Of a stretch of DNA of 64,000 bases, positions 31,608 through 43,021 are shown one piece after another; the stretch's first letter is position 1, and every line of letters begins with the position of its first letter. Under the pieces are notes generated by a model that searched no databases, was not told the DNA's origin, and was given only the letters and a program-made list of their open reading frames with translations. The translations under genes and the position numbers were made by a program. Origin of the DNA: an uncultured Burkholderiales bacterium (GTDB lineage: Bacteria > Pseudomonadota > Gammaproteobacteria > Burkholderiales > Eutrophovitaceae); NCBI GenBank assembly GCA_951812315.1, contig CATOSA010000006.1, positions 91 through 64,090 on the forward strand, written 5' to 3'.

Positions 31608-33013
31608 GGCTGAGCTGTTGAATCAGTAGCCAGGCGGCGATCGAACATCGGAATATCGCGCGCAAGCCAGACAAGAATGAGAACGGGGACGCCGAGTACT
31701 GCAGTTCCGGTGAAGAACGCCTGATAGCCGTAATGGTCGACCATCCAGCCCGACCATCCGGCGATAAACTTGGGCAGCAACAGCATCACTGAACTGAACA
31801 ACGCATATTGTGTTGCGGAGTATTTAATATTGGTCAGCCCTGAGAGATAAGCGATGAATGCCGCGGTGGCGATCCCGGCGCTCAGATTGTCGGCGGATAT
31901 CGCGAAAACCATGCCTGGAAGGTCATGCCCGCGGGTGGCCAGCCAGGCAAACAGCAAGTTGGTCGCTGCGGAAAGCGCCGCGCCGAGAAACAGCACGCGC
32001 ACAACACCAATGCGCAGGCTCAAAATGCCGCCGACGCCAGCGCCAATGAGCGTCATCACGACGCCATAAATCTTGGAAACCGTCGCGATCTCGCCCTTGG
32101 TAAACCCCATGTCGTGATAGAACGGGTTTGCCATGACACCCATGACGATATCGGATATTCGGTAGCTGCCGATAAGCGCAAGCACCAAAATCGCGTGGTA
32201 ACGGTAGCGCACGGTGAACTCAACAAACGGGTTAATGGCAGCCACATAAAACCAGCGGACAAAACGTGCGCGCATACTGGTTGGAACAACGTCTTCTGTT
32301 GCTGCTTCGGTAATCGGGTCGTTGTCAGGCCGTGTTTGACTGGGCTCTGACGAAAACAACACGGTCACAATTCCGATAGCCATGAAGCCAGCCATGACCA
32401 CATAGGTAATCGTCCACGGAGCATGTTCGTACGACGCTTCGCTGGGGTCGAATGCGGCTGCGATCAAAAGTGCTCCGGCAGACGCGACGAGGATCGCGAT
32501 CCGGTATCCGACCTGGTAACTTGCTGCCATGGCCGCCTGTACCGAGACATCGCCGGATTCGATGCGAAACGCATCGAGTGCGATATCCTGGGTCGCCGAC
32601 GCGAACGCGACGAGCACGGTGAACATGACCAATTGTTGCAGGTTCGATGCGGGATCACTCACAGCCATTCCAATCAGGGCGGCCGCGACAACGATTTGTG
32701 AGGCAATCAACCAGCTACGTCGTCGGCCGATTGCCTTGGTCAGCAACGGGATTGACAACTGGTCTACCAGCGGAGCCCATGCCCATTTGAACGCGTAGGC
32801 AAGACCGACCCAACTCAGGAATCCAATAGTCGTACGGTCAATACCGGCTTCGCGCAACCAGAACGAAAGCGTGCCTAGCACCAGAAACAGGGGTAAGCCG
32901 GCCGAAAATCCGAGCAGCACCATGCGGGCGACGCGCGGCTCCAAATAAATCCGCAGATCCGCCAGGAAGGCGAGAATCCTGCGTCCAAGGTTCATCGTAT
33001 TGCTTCCTTGCAT
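31580..33013 (-). CDS. ampG: AmpG-family muropeptide MFS permease
   Basis: 477-aa polytopic protein with the AmpG-like N-terminal region LGFSAGLPLFLV...AFKWAWAPLVD. The start may be the internal ATG at 32995. Confidence 0.75.
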   Translation of the reverse strand: MQGSNTMNLGRRILAFLADLRIYLEPRVARMVLLGFSAGLPLFLVLGTLSFWLREAGIDRTTIGFLSWVGLAYAFKWAWAPLVDQLSIPLLTKAIGRRRSWLIASQIVVAAALIGMAVSDPASNLQQLVMFTVLVAFASATQDIALDAFRIESGDVSVQAAMAASYQVGYRIAILVASAGALLIAAAFDPSEASYEHAPWTITYVVMAGFMAIGIVTVLFSSEPSQTRPDNDPITEAATEDVVPTSMRARFVRWFYVAAINPFVEFTVRYRYHAILVLALIGSYRISDIVMGVMANPFYHDMGFTKGEIATVSKIYGVVMTLIGAGVGGILSLRIGVVRVLFLGAALSAATNLLFAWLATRGHDLPGMVFAISADNLSAGIATAAFIAYLSGLTNIKYSATQYALFSSVMLLLPKFIAGWSGWMVDHYGYQAFFTGTAVLGVPVLILVWLARDIPMFDRRLATDSTAQPQATDLSKR

Positions 33014-33037
33014 CGCGCGATGACGCGTGCGGCAGAT

Positions 33038-33850
33038 TCAGATCGAGTAGTCGTAATCGATGATGAGGGGCGCGTGATCACTGAAGCGTTGTGCCTTGTA
33101 GATTTCTGCCCGCCGCGCCAGCGATGCGATGCCCGGCGTTGCCAATTGGTAGTCAAGGCGCCACCCCACGTTCTTTGTCCACGACTGACCGCGGTTGGAC
33201 CACCAGGTGTATTGCTCGGGCTCCTGATTGAGCGTGCGAAACACGTCGACATAGCCAAGTTTGTCGAGGACGCCGGAAAACCAGTCGCGTTCCTCGGGCA
33301 GAAAGCCCGAGTTTTTCTGGTTGGAGCGCCAGTTTTTCAAGTCGATCTGTTTGTGCGCAACGTTCCAGTCCCCGCAAATGACAACGTCGCGTCCACTGCA
33401 GATTAGCTTGTACAGGGGATCGATGAATCGTTCCATGAAACTGAATTTGATTGTCAGTCTTTCGGGCGAACTTGAACCGGAAGGAATATAGACCGAAACA
33501 ACAGAAAGATTTCCGAACCGAGCTTCAATATATCGACCTTCATTGTCAATATCGGATATTCCCAAACCCTCGATGACGCGATCGGGTCCTTTGTTGCAAT
33601 ACAGTCCAACGCCGCTGTAGCCTGGCCGCTCTGCGTAGTGAAAATAGCCGCGAAGTTCGTCGGGATTGTAAACACTTGGTACGATGTCCTTGGCTTGCGC
33701 CTTGAGTTCCTGAAGGCAGACTACGCTTGCGCTTTGTGTGCGCAGCCAGTCGAGTACACCTTTTCTTACGGCAGACCGAATGCCGTTCAAATTTAACGAG
33801 ACGATTCGCAACACGAGATGACTTCGGATTTCAGACTGGATTTCATTCAA
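33038..33850 (-). CDS. xthA: Exodeoxyribonuclease III
   Basis: Motifs VCLQELK, GDWNVAH and SDHAPL. The true start is probably GTG/TTG near 33814-33817 (M-RIVSLNLNG), because the long form overlaps pyrE. Confidence 0.85.
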   Translation of the reverse strand: MNEIQSEIRSHLVLRIVSLNLNGIRSAVRKGVLDWLRTQSASVVCLQELKAQAKDIVPSVYNPDELRGYFHYAERPGYSGVGLYCNKGPDRVIEGLGISDIDNEGRYIEARFGNLSVVSVYIPSGSSSPERLTIKFSFMERFIDPLYKLICSGRDVVICGDWNVAHKQIDLKNWRSNQKNSGFLPEERDWFSGVLDKLGYVDVFRTLNQEPEQYTWWSNRGQSWTKNVGWRLDYQLATPGIASLARRAEIYKAQRFSDHAPLIIDYDYSI

Positions 33851-34465
33851 TTCGCCCTGGCGACTAAAGTACTTTGTTTTGGCGAGTTCAAGACCAAGGC
33901 AGGCCGACTATCGCCATATTTTTTCAATACCGGGTTGTTCAACGACGGATCTTCGCTGCGAGAACTCGGGCAATTCTACGCGAAAGCGATTGTTCAATCG
34001 GGCCTGACGTTCGACATGTTGTACGGGCCGGCATACAAGGGCATCCCGCTGGTAAGTAGTACGGCAGTGGCTCTTGCAGAAACAGGCCGCAATTTCCCCT
34101 ATTGTTTCAATCGCAAGGAAGCGAAAGATCACGGCGAAGGCGGGAGTACCGTCGGCGCGCCGCTGTCGGGCCGTGTACTGATTGTCGATGACGTCATTTC
34201 TGCCGGCACCTCGGTGCGCGAATCCGTAGAAACGATCAGGGCTGCAGGCGCTGAACCATGTGGCATCGTCATCTCGTTCGATCGCATGGAACGCGGAACT
34301 GGCTCAGTGTCCGCAACCGACGAAGTTCAGTCCCGCTACGGCATTCCGGTCCTGAGCATTTCGACGCTTGACGACCTGGCGAGGTACCTTGGCCCCCGGC
34401 CGGAACTGGCACAGCAGTTGCAATCGATACAGGCATATCGTCAGAAATATGGTGTACGGACATGA
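33818..34465 (+). CDS. pyrE: Orotate phosphoribosyltransferase
   Basis: 215 aa with the PRPP motif VLIVDDVISAGTS. The N-terminus aligns to E. coli PyrE (FIEFAL..VLKFGEF). Confidence 0.9.
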   Translation: MTSDFRLDFIQFALATKVLCFGEFKTKAGRLSPYFFNTGLFNDGSSLRELGQFYAKAIVQSGLTFDMLYGPAYKGIPLVSSTAVALAETGRNFPYCFNRKEAKDHGEGGSTVGAPLSGRVLIVDDVISAGTSVRESVETIRAAGAEPCGIVISFDRMERGTGSVSATDEVQSRYGIPVLSISTLDDLARYLGPRPELAQQLQSIQAYRQKYGVRT

Positions 34466-35010
34466 GGTTATCGGTGCGGCGGCTGGCCCAAGTGGGGCTG
34501 GCACTTGTCCTGACGGCCAATTTGACGCCTGTATATGCCGCAGATGCGCATATGTATCGGTGCGTCAGCGCCAACGGCCGGGTCTACTATTCGGATGTTC
34601 TCGGACTGGAATGTGAAGGCGGCGAGCAAGACCGGTTGACTCGCCACGGCCTGGTGCTCGATCGCCCAGAGCCGTCACGATCAAATGCTGCTTGCAAACT
34701 ATATGTCTGCGGAGCAGATAGAGACCGCAAAACAGCGGCGGCTTCAAACGCCGCAGCTGTCGTTGGAGCTGAGCAGGAAAAAATCGGTATAGAACGCGCC
34801 CGGTTGGTTGACCTGTTACAACGCGAAGCAGCGCTGGCCGAAAAGGGCAAGCCAATTCCCCGCTCGCTCAGGAAAGATATCGAGTCTGCAGAATCCGACA
34901 TTGAGCGACTCGCGAAAGACATTGAAACCAGGCAGCTCAGCCTCGACCAGATTGTCCAGCGCTTCGACGACGACAAGGCACGCTTTCGGGAACTGACTGT
35001 CCCGCAATAA
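34462..35010 (+). CDS. DUF4124 domain protein (secreted)
   Basis: Signal peptide, then MYRCVSANGRVYYSD, typical of DUF4124. Coiled-coil C-terminus. Confidence 0.55.
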   Translation: MRLSVRRLAQVGLALVLTANLTPVYAADAHMYRCVSANGRVYYSDVLGLECEGGEQDRLTRHGLVLDRPEPSRSNAACKLYVCGADRDRKTAAASNAAAVVGAEQEKIGIERARLVDLLQREAALAEKGKPIPRSLRKDIESAESDIERLAKDIETRQLSLDQIVQRFDDDKARFRELTVPQ

Positions 35011-35024
35011 CTGGTAACGCTATT

Positions 35025-36476
35025 TCATGGATTGCCAAGTTTTTGTTTGAGTATTTCGTTGACCTGCGCCGGATTTGCTTTTCCCTTACTTGCTTTCATC
35101 ACCTGACCGACCAGTGAGTTGAACGCCTTTTGTTTCCCGCCCTGATAGTCCGCGACCTGTTGTGAATTGGCGGCAATCACTTCGACTACGATCTTTTCAA
35201 TCTGGCCGCTGTCTGATATTTGCCTGAGGCCGCGCTTCTCGATGATCTCATCGACACTGCCCTCGCCTTTCCAGATGCCTTCGAATACTTCCCGTGCCAG
35301 TTTGGAAGAAAGCGTTATGTCGAGCACGCGTGCGAGCAATGCCGCCAATGCTTGTGCGGATACCGGACTCTGATTCAATTCCAGCTCAGCCCGGTTCAGA
35401 GCAGCGGCGAGTTCGCCATTGATCCAGTTTGCCGCCAACTTGGCGGCGCCGGCATCGTCAGCTGGATCAAGTGCCGCCAGAGTCGCATCGAAATAGTCGG
35501 CCGTTTCGCGGCTTGCGACCAGAAGCGATGCGTCCTGGCGCGATAGCCCCAGGTCGGTCTGGTAGCGTGCCTGGCGTGCGCCCGGTAGCTCCGGCAAAGT
35601 GGCGCGGGCGCGTTGCAGCCAGTCATTATCGATTTCCAGCGGCAACAAATCGGGATCGGGAAAATAGCGATAATCGTGCGCATCTTCCTTGGTGCGCATC
35701 TGGCGCGTTTCACCAGTTTCAGGATCAAACAATACTGTTGCCTGGGTTATTGAGCCACCGTCCTCGAGCGTTTCGATCTGCCATTTCGCCTCGAATTCGA
35801 TTGCCCGTTGCAGAAACCGGAAAGAATTGAGGTTTTTGATCTCGCGGCGCGTTCCCAGTTGCGTTGAACCTTTGGGCCTTACCGATACGTTGGCATCGCA
35901 TCGGAAACTTCCCTCCTGCATGTTTCCATCGCAGATATCGATCCAGCGCACCAGCGTATGCAAGGTCTTCGCATACTCAACCGCCTCCTGCGCCGAACGC
36001 ATGTCCGGTTCGGTGACAATTTCCAGCAGCGGCGTGCCTGCCCTGTTCAGATCGATGCCGGTCATGTCGCGGAAATTCTCGTGCAGCGACTTGCCGGCAT
36101 CTTCCTCCAGGTGAGCGCGCGTCAGATTTACGGTTTTTTCCGAATCGCCCACCCGGATATTCACTTGCCCACCGAGAACGATCGGAATCTCGTACTGGCT
36201 GATCTGGTAACCCTTGGGCAGATCAGGATAGAAGTAGTTCTTTCTCGCAAAAATGGACCGGCGATTGACTTCTGCGCCGACTGCGATCCCGAATCGGATC
36301 GCTCTGTCGACCGCTCCAATATTGAGTACCGGCAACACGCCGGGCAGCGCGATATCGACTTCGCAGGCTTGCGTGTTGGGTAGCGCGCCGAAATTTGTCG
36401 ACGCGCCCGAGAATATTTTCGATTCGGTTGAAAGCTGTGCATGGGTCTCGAGCCCGATGACAATTTCCCAGTCCAC
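35025..36476 (-). CDS. gatB: Asp/Glu-tRNA(Asn/Gln) amidotransferase subunit B
   Basis: 483 aa. [15 protein letters not shown] matches the GatB N-terminus. GTG start at 36476. Confidence 0.95.
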   Translation of the reverse strand: MDWEIVIGLETHAQLSTESKIFSGASTNFGALPNTQACEVDIALPGVLPVLNIGAVDRAIRFGIAVGAEVNRRSIFARKNYFYPDLPKGYQISQYEIPIVLGGQVNIRVGDSEKTVNLTRAHLEEDAGKSLHENFRDMTGIDLNRAGTPLLEIVTEPDMRSAQEAVEYAKTLHTLVRWIDICDGNMQEGSFRCDANVSVRPKGSTQLGTRREIKNLNSFRFLQRAIEFEAKWQIETLEDGGSITQATVLFDPETGETRQMRTKEDAHDYRYFPDPDLLPLEIDNDWLQRARATLPELPGARQARYQTDLGLSRQDASLLVASRETADYFDATLAALDPADDAGAAKLAANWINGELAAALNRAELELNQSPVSAQALAALLARVLDITLSSKLAREVFEGIWKGEGSVDEIIEKRGLRQISDSGQIEKIVVEVIAANSQQVADYQGGKQKAFNSLVGQVMKASKGKANPAQVNEILKQKLGNP

Positions 36477-36541
36477 GGTTATCTCCAGTCCATGGTTATT
36501 TCCAGCTCATGGTTATTTCCCGTCCACCGTTATTTCAAGAC
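36474..36541 (-). repeat. 17-bp tandem repeat x4 (plus a partial fifth copy inside gatB) in the gatA-gatB spacer
   Basis: Minus-strand units are gtcttgaaataacgGTG, gacgggaaataaccATG, agctggaaataaccATG and gactggagataaccGTG, followed by gactgggaaattgtc at the start of gatB. Confidence 0.9.
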
Positions 36542-36546
36542 GATGG

Positions 36547-38007
36547 TCAGCTCGAAGCGACGGGCGATCTTTTCAGATGCCAGTCGGTGTGTTGCTGATA
36601 ACGATGGGCGACGTTGAGCATCTTTGCTTCGCAGAAATAGTTGCCGATGATTTGCAGGCCGACCGGCAAACCGGCTGCGTCGAATCCGCACGGAATCGAC
36701 ATGCCCGGTAGTCCGGCGAGGTTGGCAGCAATGGTATAGATATCGGACAGGTACATCTGTGCCGGGTCAGCGGTTTTTGCGCCTATCTCGAATGCGGTAG
36801 TCGGCGAGGTCGGGCTCATGATCATGTCGCAATGCTCGAACGCCTTGGTGAAGTCCTGTGCGATCAGCCTGCGGATGCGCTGCGCTTTCAGGTAGTAGGC
36901 GTCGTAGTACCCGTGGGAGAGGACATAGGTCCCGATCAATATGCGGCGTTTTACTTCTGTCCCGAAACCCTGCGAGCGTGTCTTGCAGTACATGTCCAGC
37001 AGGTCGTCGTACTCCTCGGCACGAAACCCGTAGCGAACGCCGTCATATCGTGACAGGTTGCTCGACGCCTCGGCCGGTGCAATGACGTAGTAGGCCGCAA
37101 TCGACAGATCACTGGCAGGAAGTTCGATATCGACCGTTGTCGCACCGAGTTTTCGATACTCGGCTAAACCCGCCTCTACCGTGCTGCGCACCTCGGTTGA
37201 CATCCCCTCGCCAAAATACTCTTTGGGCAAGCCGATACGCAGGCCCGACAGGGGTTCGTCGAGCAACCGTGTAAATGCTTCGGCGGGACGCTCGAGACTG
37301 GTGGAATCGCGTGCGTCGAATCCAACCATGACGTCGAGAAGCAGTGCAAGATCCTCGGCGTTTCTGGCCATTGGTCCGCCCTGGTCGAGACTCGACGCGA
37401 ACGCGATCATCCCATAACGCGACACCCGGCCATAGGTCGGTTTCAGTCCGGACACGCCGCATAGCGCTGCTGGTTGACGAATAGAGCCCCCGGTGTCGGT
37501 GCCGGTTGCTGCCGGTGCGAGCGCGGCGGCGACGGCGGCCGCAGAACCACCGGAACTGCCGCCGGTGACGCGGTCGGTGTTCCATGGATTTCTTGCACAC
37601 CCAAAATAGGAGTTCTCGTTCGACGAACCCATCGCGAATTCATCCATATTGGTCTTGCCGAGAATGACTGCGCCCTCATTGTTGAAGCGCTCGATCACGT
37701 GTGCGTCGTACGGCGAGACAAAATTTTCGAGCATTCGCGAGCCGCAGGTAGTGCGCCAGCCCTTGGCGCACCAGAGGTCCTTATGTGCGATCGGGATTCC
37801 GGTCAGTGGCTGCGCCTCGCCCCGAGCGATGCGTTCGTCCGCAGCTTGAGCCTGGGCCAGACTCGTGTCGGGATCGACCGTAATTAAAGCGTTGACCGTC
37901 GCGATGCGAGACGCAATTCGGTCAAGATAGGCGCGTGTCAGTTCGACGCTCGAGATTTCTTTCTCGGCGAGATTTCTGGAAAGTTCTTTTAGGCTTGATT
38001 CGATCAT
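36547..38007 (-). CDS. gatA: Glutamyl-tRNA(Gln) amidotransferase subunit A
   Basis: 486 aa with the amidase signature [13 protein letters not shown]. Confidence 0.95.
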   Translation of the reverse strand: MIESSLKELSRNLAEKEISSVELTRAYLDRIASRIATVNALITVDPDTSLAQAQAADERIARGEAQPLTGIPIAHKDLWCAKGWRTTCGSRMLENFVSPYDAHVIERFNNEGAVILGKTNMDEFAMGSSNENSYFGCARNPWNTDRVTGGSSGGSAAAVAAALAPAATGTDTGGSIRQPAALCGVSGLKPTYGRVSRYGMIAFASSLDQGGPMARNAEDLALLLDVMVGFDARDSTSLERPAEAFTRLLDEPLSGLRIGLPKEYFGEGMSTEVRSTVEAGLAEYRKLGATTVDIELPASDLSIAAYYVIAPAEASSNLSRYDGVRYGFRAEEYDDLLDMYCKTRSQGFGTEVKRRILIGTYVLSHGYYDAYYLKAQRIRRLIAQDFTKAFEHCDMIMSPTSPTTAFEIGAKTADPAQMYLSDIYTIAANLAGLPGMSIPCGFDAAGLPVGLQIIGNYFCEAKMLNVAHRYQQHTDWHLKRSPVASS

Positions 38008-38036
38008 GACTGCGTGCCGGCCGGCACAAAAATACG

Positions 38037-38324
38037 TTACTCGATGACTTTTGGAACCAGGTACAAGTCCGCGTCGACCGCGGGCGCAATCGATTGGAAC
38101 AACTCATGCTTGTCCGACTCGGTCACGACATCCTGGCGTAGTCTTGCCATCATGTCCTGTGCATGCGCCATCGGTTCAATCCCGTCAGTGTCGACTGATT
38201 CCATTTTTGCGATAAGTTCAAATACGCCGGAAAGCTGGTCAAGAATGCGCTGACTCTCGGCATCGCCGATTTCCAGGCGCGCCAGTGAAGCCGCACGTTT
38301 TACGTCGTCAAGGGAAAGAGACAT
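38037..38324 (-). CDS. gatC: Asp/Glu-tRNA amidotransferase subunit C
   Basis: 95 aa, located upstream of gatA. Confidence 0.85.
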   Translation of the reverse strand: MSLSLDDVKRAASLARLEIGDAESQRILDQLSGVFELIAKMESVDTDGIEPMAHAQDMMARLRQDVVTESDKHELFQSIAPAVDADLYLVPKVIE

Positions 38325-38463
38325 GTGGTAGCACTACTGAGAAGTTGAACTGCGCGATTGATAAAGTACCGGTCAGAGTACAGCGCATTTCCCGAAAAAG
38401 CCTTAAATGCCGCACGGAAGGCACTGTTTTAGTTAACCGGCGAAGTTCAATAGGTTATCATAG

Positions 38464-39552
<1,089 letters not shown>

Positions 39553-39631
39553 ACTCCGGGCCGATTAACACGATGCGCAATGGCTATTGCGAACGTGTCT
39601 GGTTCCGCCGGATTACGCTCTTCCCGCGCTA

Positions 39632-40540
39632 ATGGAGTACTCGCCACTGCCGTTCTTCCAACGCGGCCCCAGCCTCGTTACACGACTTATATTGTTTTCG
39701 CTGGCGGCGTTGGTGCTTCTGTTCGCTGATGCGCGCTTCCGCTATATGGAGGACATTCGCGGAGTCGTTGGTGCGATTCTGTATCCGTTGCAGGAGCTTG
39801 CCGAAGTCCCGGCAAGTATCGCCAGCCGCGTCGGGCAATACTTCGTACTGCAGTCGACCCTGCAGCGTGACAATGCCCAGTTGTCACAAGAGGCCTTCGT
39901 AAACGCGACCCTGCTCCAGAAGCAGGAAGCCTTGCTTGTCGAAAATGAGAATCTGCGCGAATTGCTCAAGTTGCGGCCGCGCTTTGAACCGTCAGCGCAA
40001 GTGGCCGAGATTCTATACCGGGCCCGTGATCCTTTCGTGCGCAAGATTGTTGTTGACAAGGGCGCGACTGACGGCGTAACAGAAGGTGCCCCGGTGATTG
40101 ATGCGTCCGGACTGGTCGGGCAGGTCCATCGCGTCTACCCATGGGCTTCGGAAGTTGCCCTGATCAGCGATCGTGAACAGGCAATTCCTGTACAGGTCGT
40201 GCGCAACGGTCTGCGGGCAGTGATATTCGGCCTCGGTTATGACGGCGCACTTGAAGTGCGCTTCATGCCAGTCAACGCCGATATCGAAAAAGGTGATCTG
40301 CTGGTCACATCAGGCATCGATGGCGCCTATCCTTCGGGGCTGCCGGTCGCATTTGTTGACAGTATTGAACGCAACGCCGCGTACGCTTTTGCGCGAATTA
40401 CCTGCCGGCCGGCCTCGGGTGTTGGCTCGCACCGGCAGGTGATGATGCTGGCGAACGCAGATTCTTATCCTGAAAGACCGGTCGCAGCCGAACGGGTCAC
40501 TCGCAAGAGCGCTATTGGCGAGCAGGGAAAGGCCGACTGA
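39632..40540 (+). CDS. mreC: Rod-shape-determining protein MreC
   Basis: Positioned after mreB, with an N-terminal TM segment plus coiled coil. I prefer ATG 39632 over TTG 39587. Confidence 0.85.
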   Translation: MEYSPLPFFQRGPSLVTRLILFSLAALVLLFADARFRYMEDIRGVVGAILYPLQELAEVPASIASRVGQYFVLQSTLQRDNAQLSQEAFVNATLLQKQEALLVENENLRELLKLRPRFEPSAQVAEILYRARDPFVRKIVVDKGATDGVTEGAPVIDASGLVGQVHRVYPWASEVALISDREQAIPVQVVRNGLRAVIFGLGYDGALEVRFMPVNADIEKGDLLVTSGIDGAYPSGLPVAFVDSIERNAAYAFARITCRPASGVGSHRQVMMLANADSYPERPVAAERVTRKSAIGEQGKAD

Positions 40541-41070
40541 TGGGTGTTCCGGCATTCGGCAAGGCGCATGCGGAGGAGATGCTGCTCCCGGTCAGGCGAG
40601 AGTATGTGGTCTTGTCGTTCTTTGTCGCGTTCATGCTCAATATGCTCCCGCTGACCGGCTGGGCACTCATGCTGCGCCCCGATTTTGTAGCACTCGTTCT
40701 TTTGTATTGGGGTATAGAGCACCCGCGCCGGGTGGGGTTTACGCCGGCATTTCTGCTTGGACTTGCCATTGATGTTGCTGACGGAAGCCTGTTCGGACAG
40801 CATGCGCTCGCCTATTGCGTACTTATGGCTTGCGCAATCGCACTGCACAGGCGCGTCACGCTATTTGGCTTGCGCGGACAAATGCTTCACGTGCTCGGCG
40901 TGTTGTTGTTCGCGCAACTGATCGTTCTAGTCGTAAGACAGGCGGCTGGCGATGCGTTTCCGGGCTGGTGGTATTTTTTGCCAAGCATTAGTGGTTGTCT
41001 CGTTTGGCCCTTCGTCCGCCGCTTGATAACCGTGCCGTTGCGTCAGCGCGTGAAACCCGAGGATTTGTGA
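40540..41070 (+). CDS. mreD: Rod-shape-determining protein MreD
   Basis: 176-aa polytopic protein whose ATG overlaps the mreC stop. Confidence 0.8.
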   Translation: MGVPAFGKAHAEEMLLPVRREYVVLSFFVAFMLNMLPLTGWALMLRPDFVALVLLYWGIEHPRRVGFTPAFLLGLAIDVADGSLFGQHALAYCVLMACAIALHRRVTLFGLRGQMLHVLGVLLFAQLIVLVVRQAAGDAFPGWWYFLPSISGCLVWPFVRRLITVPLRQRVKPEDL

Positions 41071-41116
41071 CTGCGAGTATGGCCCGATTGCGGCTCCCGA
41101 CTTCTGACAAGGTGAA

Positions 41117-43021
41117 TTGCGTGTGAGTCGCTCGGTCGAGCTCCGCGACCACCGGCGCGAGCTGTATTTGTTCCAGATCAGGCTTGCCGTCGCAGGCGCG
41201 ATCGTGGCCGGCGTCTTCCTGATGTTGCTTATCAGGCTGTTTTATTTGCAGATTCTCCAGCACGACCACTATCAGTTGCTTGCCGAGCAGAACCGCGTGA
41301 ACATCGTACCGGTTGTGCCGCATCGCGGTGTGATCCTGGACAGGAACGGCGTGACGCTTGCGACAAATTATGCGGCCTACACGCTGGAAATCACACCCAG
41401 TGAGGTTGACGACCTCGATGCCATCATTGAGGAGCTGTCAGCACTCGTCAAAATCACGCCCAAGGATCGCAGGCACTTTGAAAAACTTCTTGCGGAAGTG
41501 CCGGACTTTTCGAGCATTCCGATTCGTACACGCCTGAACGATGAAGAAGTCGCGCGATTTGTCGTCAACCGATTTCAGATTCGCGGCGTGGATATCAATG
41601 CAAGATTGTTTCGTCACTACCCAAGCGCCGAAGTAGCGTCGCACGTCGTTGGTTATATCGGGCGCATGAGTGAATCCGACTTCGCCGGATTGCAGGAAAA
41701 AGGGCTCGCCTATAACTACACCAAATCGGATTACCTCGGCAAAGTCGGCCTGGAGCAACACTACGAGCGGGTGTTGCGCGGCGTTACCGGCTACGAGCAT
41801 GTAGAAACGGATGCAACCGGGCGGTCGATACGGACATTGCGATCTATTCTGCCAGTGTCGGGCAACAATCTGTTACTCGCGCTTGACGCAAAATTGCAGC
41901 AAATTGCGGAGGATGCGTTCGGAGACCATAGAGGTTCCCTGGTCGCTATCGAACCAGAGACTGGCGGCGTGCTCGCGTTGGTATCACGACCGGGATTTGA
42001 TCCGAATCTGTTTGTCGAAGGTATTGATCCGGCGCATTGGAAATTGCTCAACGAATCGCCGGATCACCCGCTGAATAATCGAGCCTTGCAGGGCGTCTAT
42101 CCTCCCGGGTCGACATTCAAGTCATTCATGGCGCTGGCGGGCCTGGAACTGGGCAAGCGTACGCCCGAAGACAGTATCAGTGATCCCGGATACTTTGTTC
42201 TTGGCGGATCAGGTCATGTCTTTCGCGACTGGAAAAAAGGCGGGCATGGCATTGTCAATCTGCACAAGGCGATCGTCGAATCATGTGATACCTACTTTTA
42301 TGGGTTGGCGCAGGATCTGGGTATTGACTCGATTCACGATTTTATCGGTCAGTTCGGTTTCGGGAAATTAACCGGCGTCGATATTTCCGGCGAGGTAAGC
42401 GGGCTGTTGCCGTCGCGGCAGTGGAAAGAGCAACGTTTCGATCAGCGCTGGTTTGTCGGCGACACTATCTCGATCGGGATTGGCCAGGGCTACAATCTGG
42501 TTACGCCACTGCAGCTCGCGTCGGCGACTGCAATTCTTGCGAATGGGGGACGAATCTTCAGGCCGCACCTCGTCCAGCACATCCAGAACAGTCAGACCAA
42601 TGAACTCGAAACGGTCGAACCTCATCCGGTCGCTGAGGTTCGCCTGCAGCCCAGACACCTCGATCTGGTTCGAGACGCAATGGTTGATGTAACACGCCCC
42701 GGTGGTACCGCAGCGTGGGCAGGTTTTGGCGCGAAGTACGCATTTGCCGGCAAGACCGGAACGGCACAGGTCATCGGCATGAAAGGGCAGGAATACGATG
42801 AAGAACTCATCGATGAGCGACATCGGGATCACGCCTTGTTCATTGCGTTTGCACCGGCCGAGGCTCCGAAAATTGCACTAGCTATCGTCGTCGAGAATGC
42901 CGGACACGGTGGCGCTGTGGCGGCGCCGATCGCACGCAAGATGATTGATTACTACCTGCTTGGCGTAGAGCCCAAAGCCCCTGCGCGGCGCGCGGCGTCC
43001 CGGGAGTCGGACGGTGATTAA
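41117..43021 (+). CDS. mrdA: Penicillin-binding protein 2 (elongasome transpeptidase)
   Basis: 634 aa with the SxxK motif STFK. Lies between mreD and rodA. Confidence 0.9.
   Translation: MRVSRSVELRDHRRELYLFQIRLAVAGAIVAGVFLMLLIRLFYLQILQHDHYQLLAEQNRVNIVPVVPHRGVILDRNGVTLATNYAAYTLEITPSEVDDLDAIIEELSALVKITPKDRRHFEKLLAEVPDFSSIPIRTRLNDEEVARFVVNRFQIRGVDINARLFRHYPSAEVASHVVGYIGRMSESDFAGLQEKGLAYNYTKSDYLGKVGLEQHYERVLRGVTGYEHVETDATGRSIRTLRSILPVSGNNLLLALDAKLQQIAEDAFGDHRGSLVAIEPETGGVLALVSRPGFDPNLFVEGIDPAHWKLLNESPDHPLNNRALQGVYPPGSTFKSFMALAGLELGKRTPEDSISDPGYFVLGGSGHVFRDWKKGGHGIVNLHKAIVESCDTYFYGLAQDLGIDSIHDFIGQFGFGKLTGVDISGEVSGLLPSRQWKEQRFDQRWFVGDTISIGIGQGYNLVTPLQLASATAILANGGRIFRPHLVQHIQNSQTNELETVEPHPVAEVRLQPRHLDLVRDAMVDVTRPGGTAAWAGFGAKYAFAGKTGTAQVIGMKGQEYDEELIDERHRDHALFIAFAPAEAPKIALAIVVENAGHGGAVAAPIARKMIDYYLLGVEPKAPARRAASRESDGD

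Noticed and set aside
33815-33850. Apparent 33-bp head-to-head overlap of the xthA and pyrE coding starts.
   Set aside because: Most likely a start-codon artefact of the ORF track. xthA homologues begin at M-(K/R)-I-V-S, which corresponds to GTG/TTG at about 33814-33817 and leaves the two genes abutting rather than overlapping.
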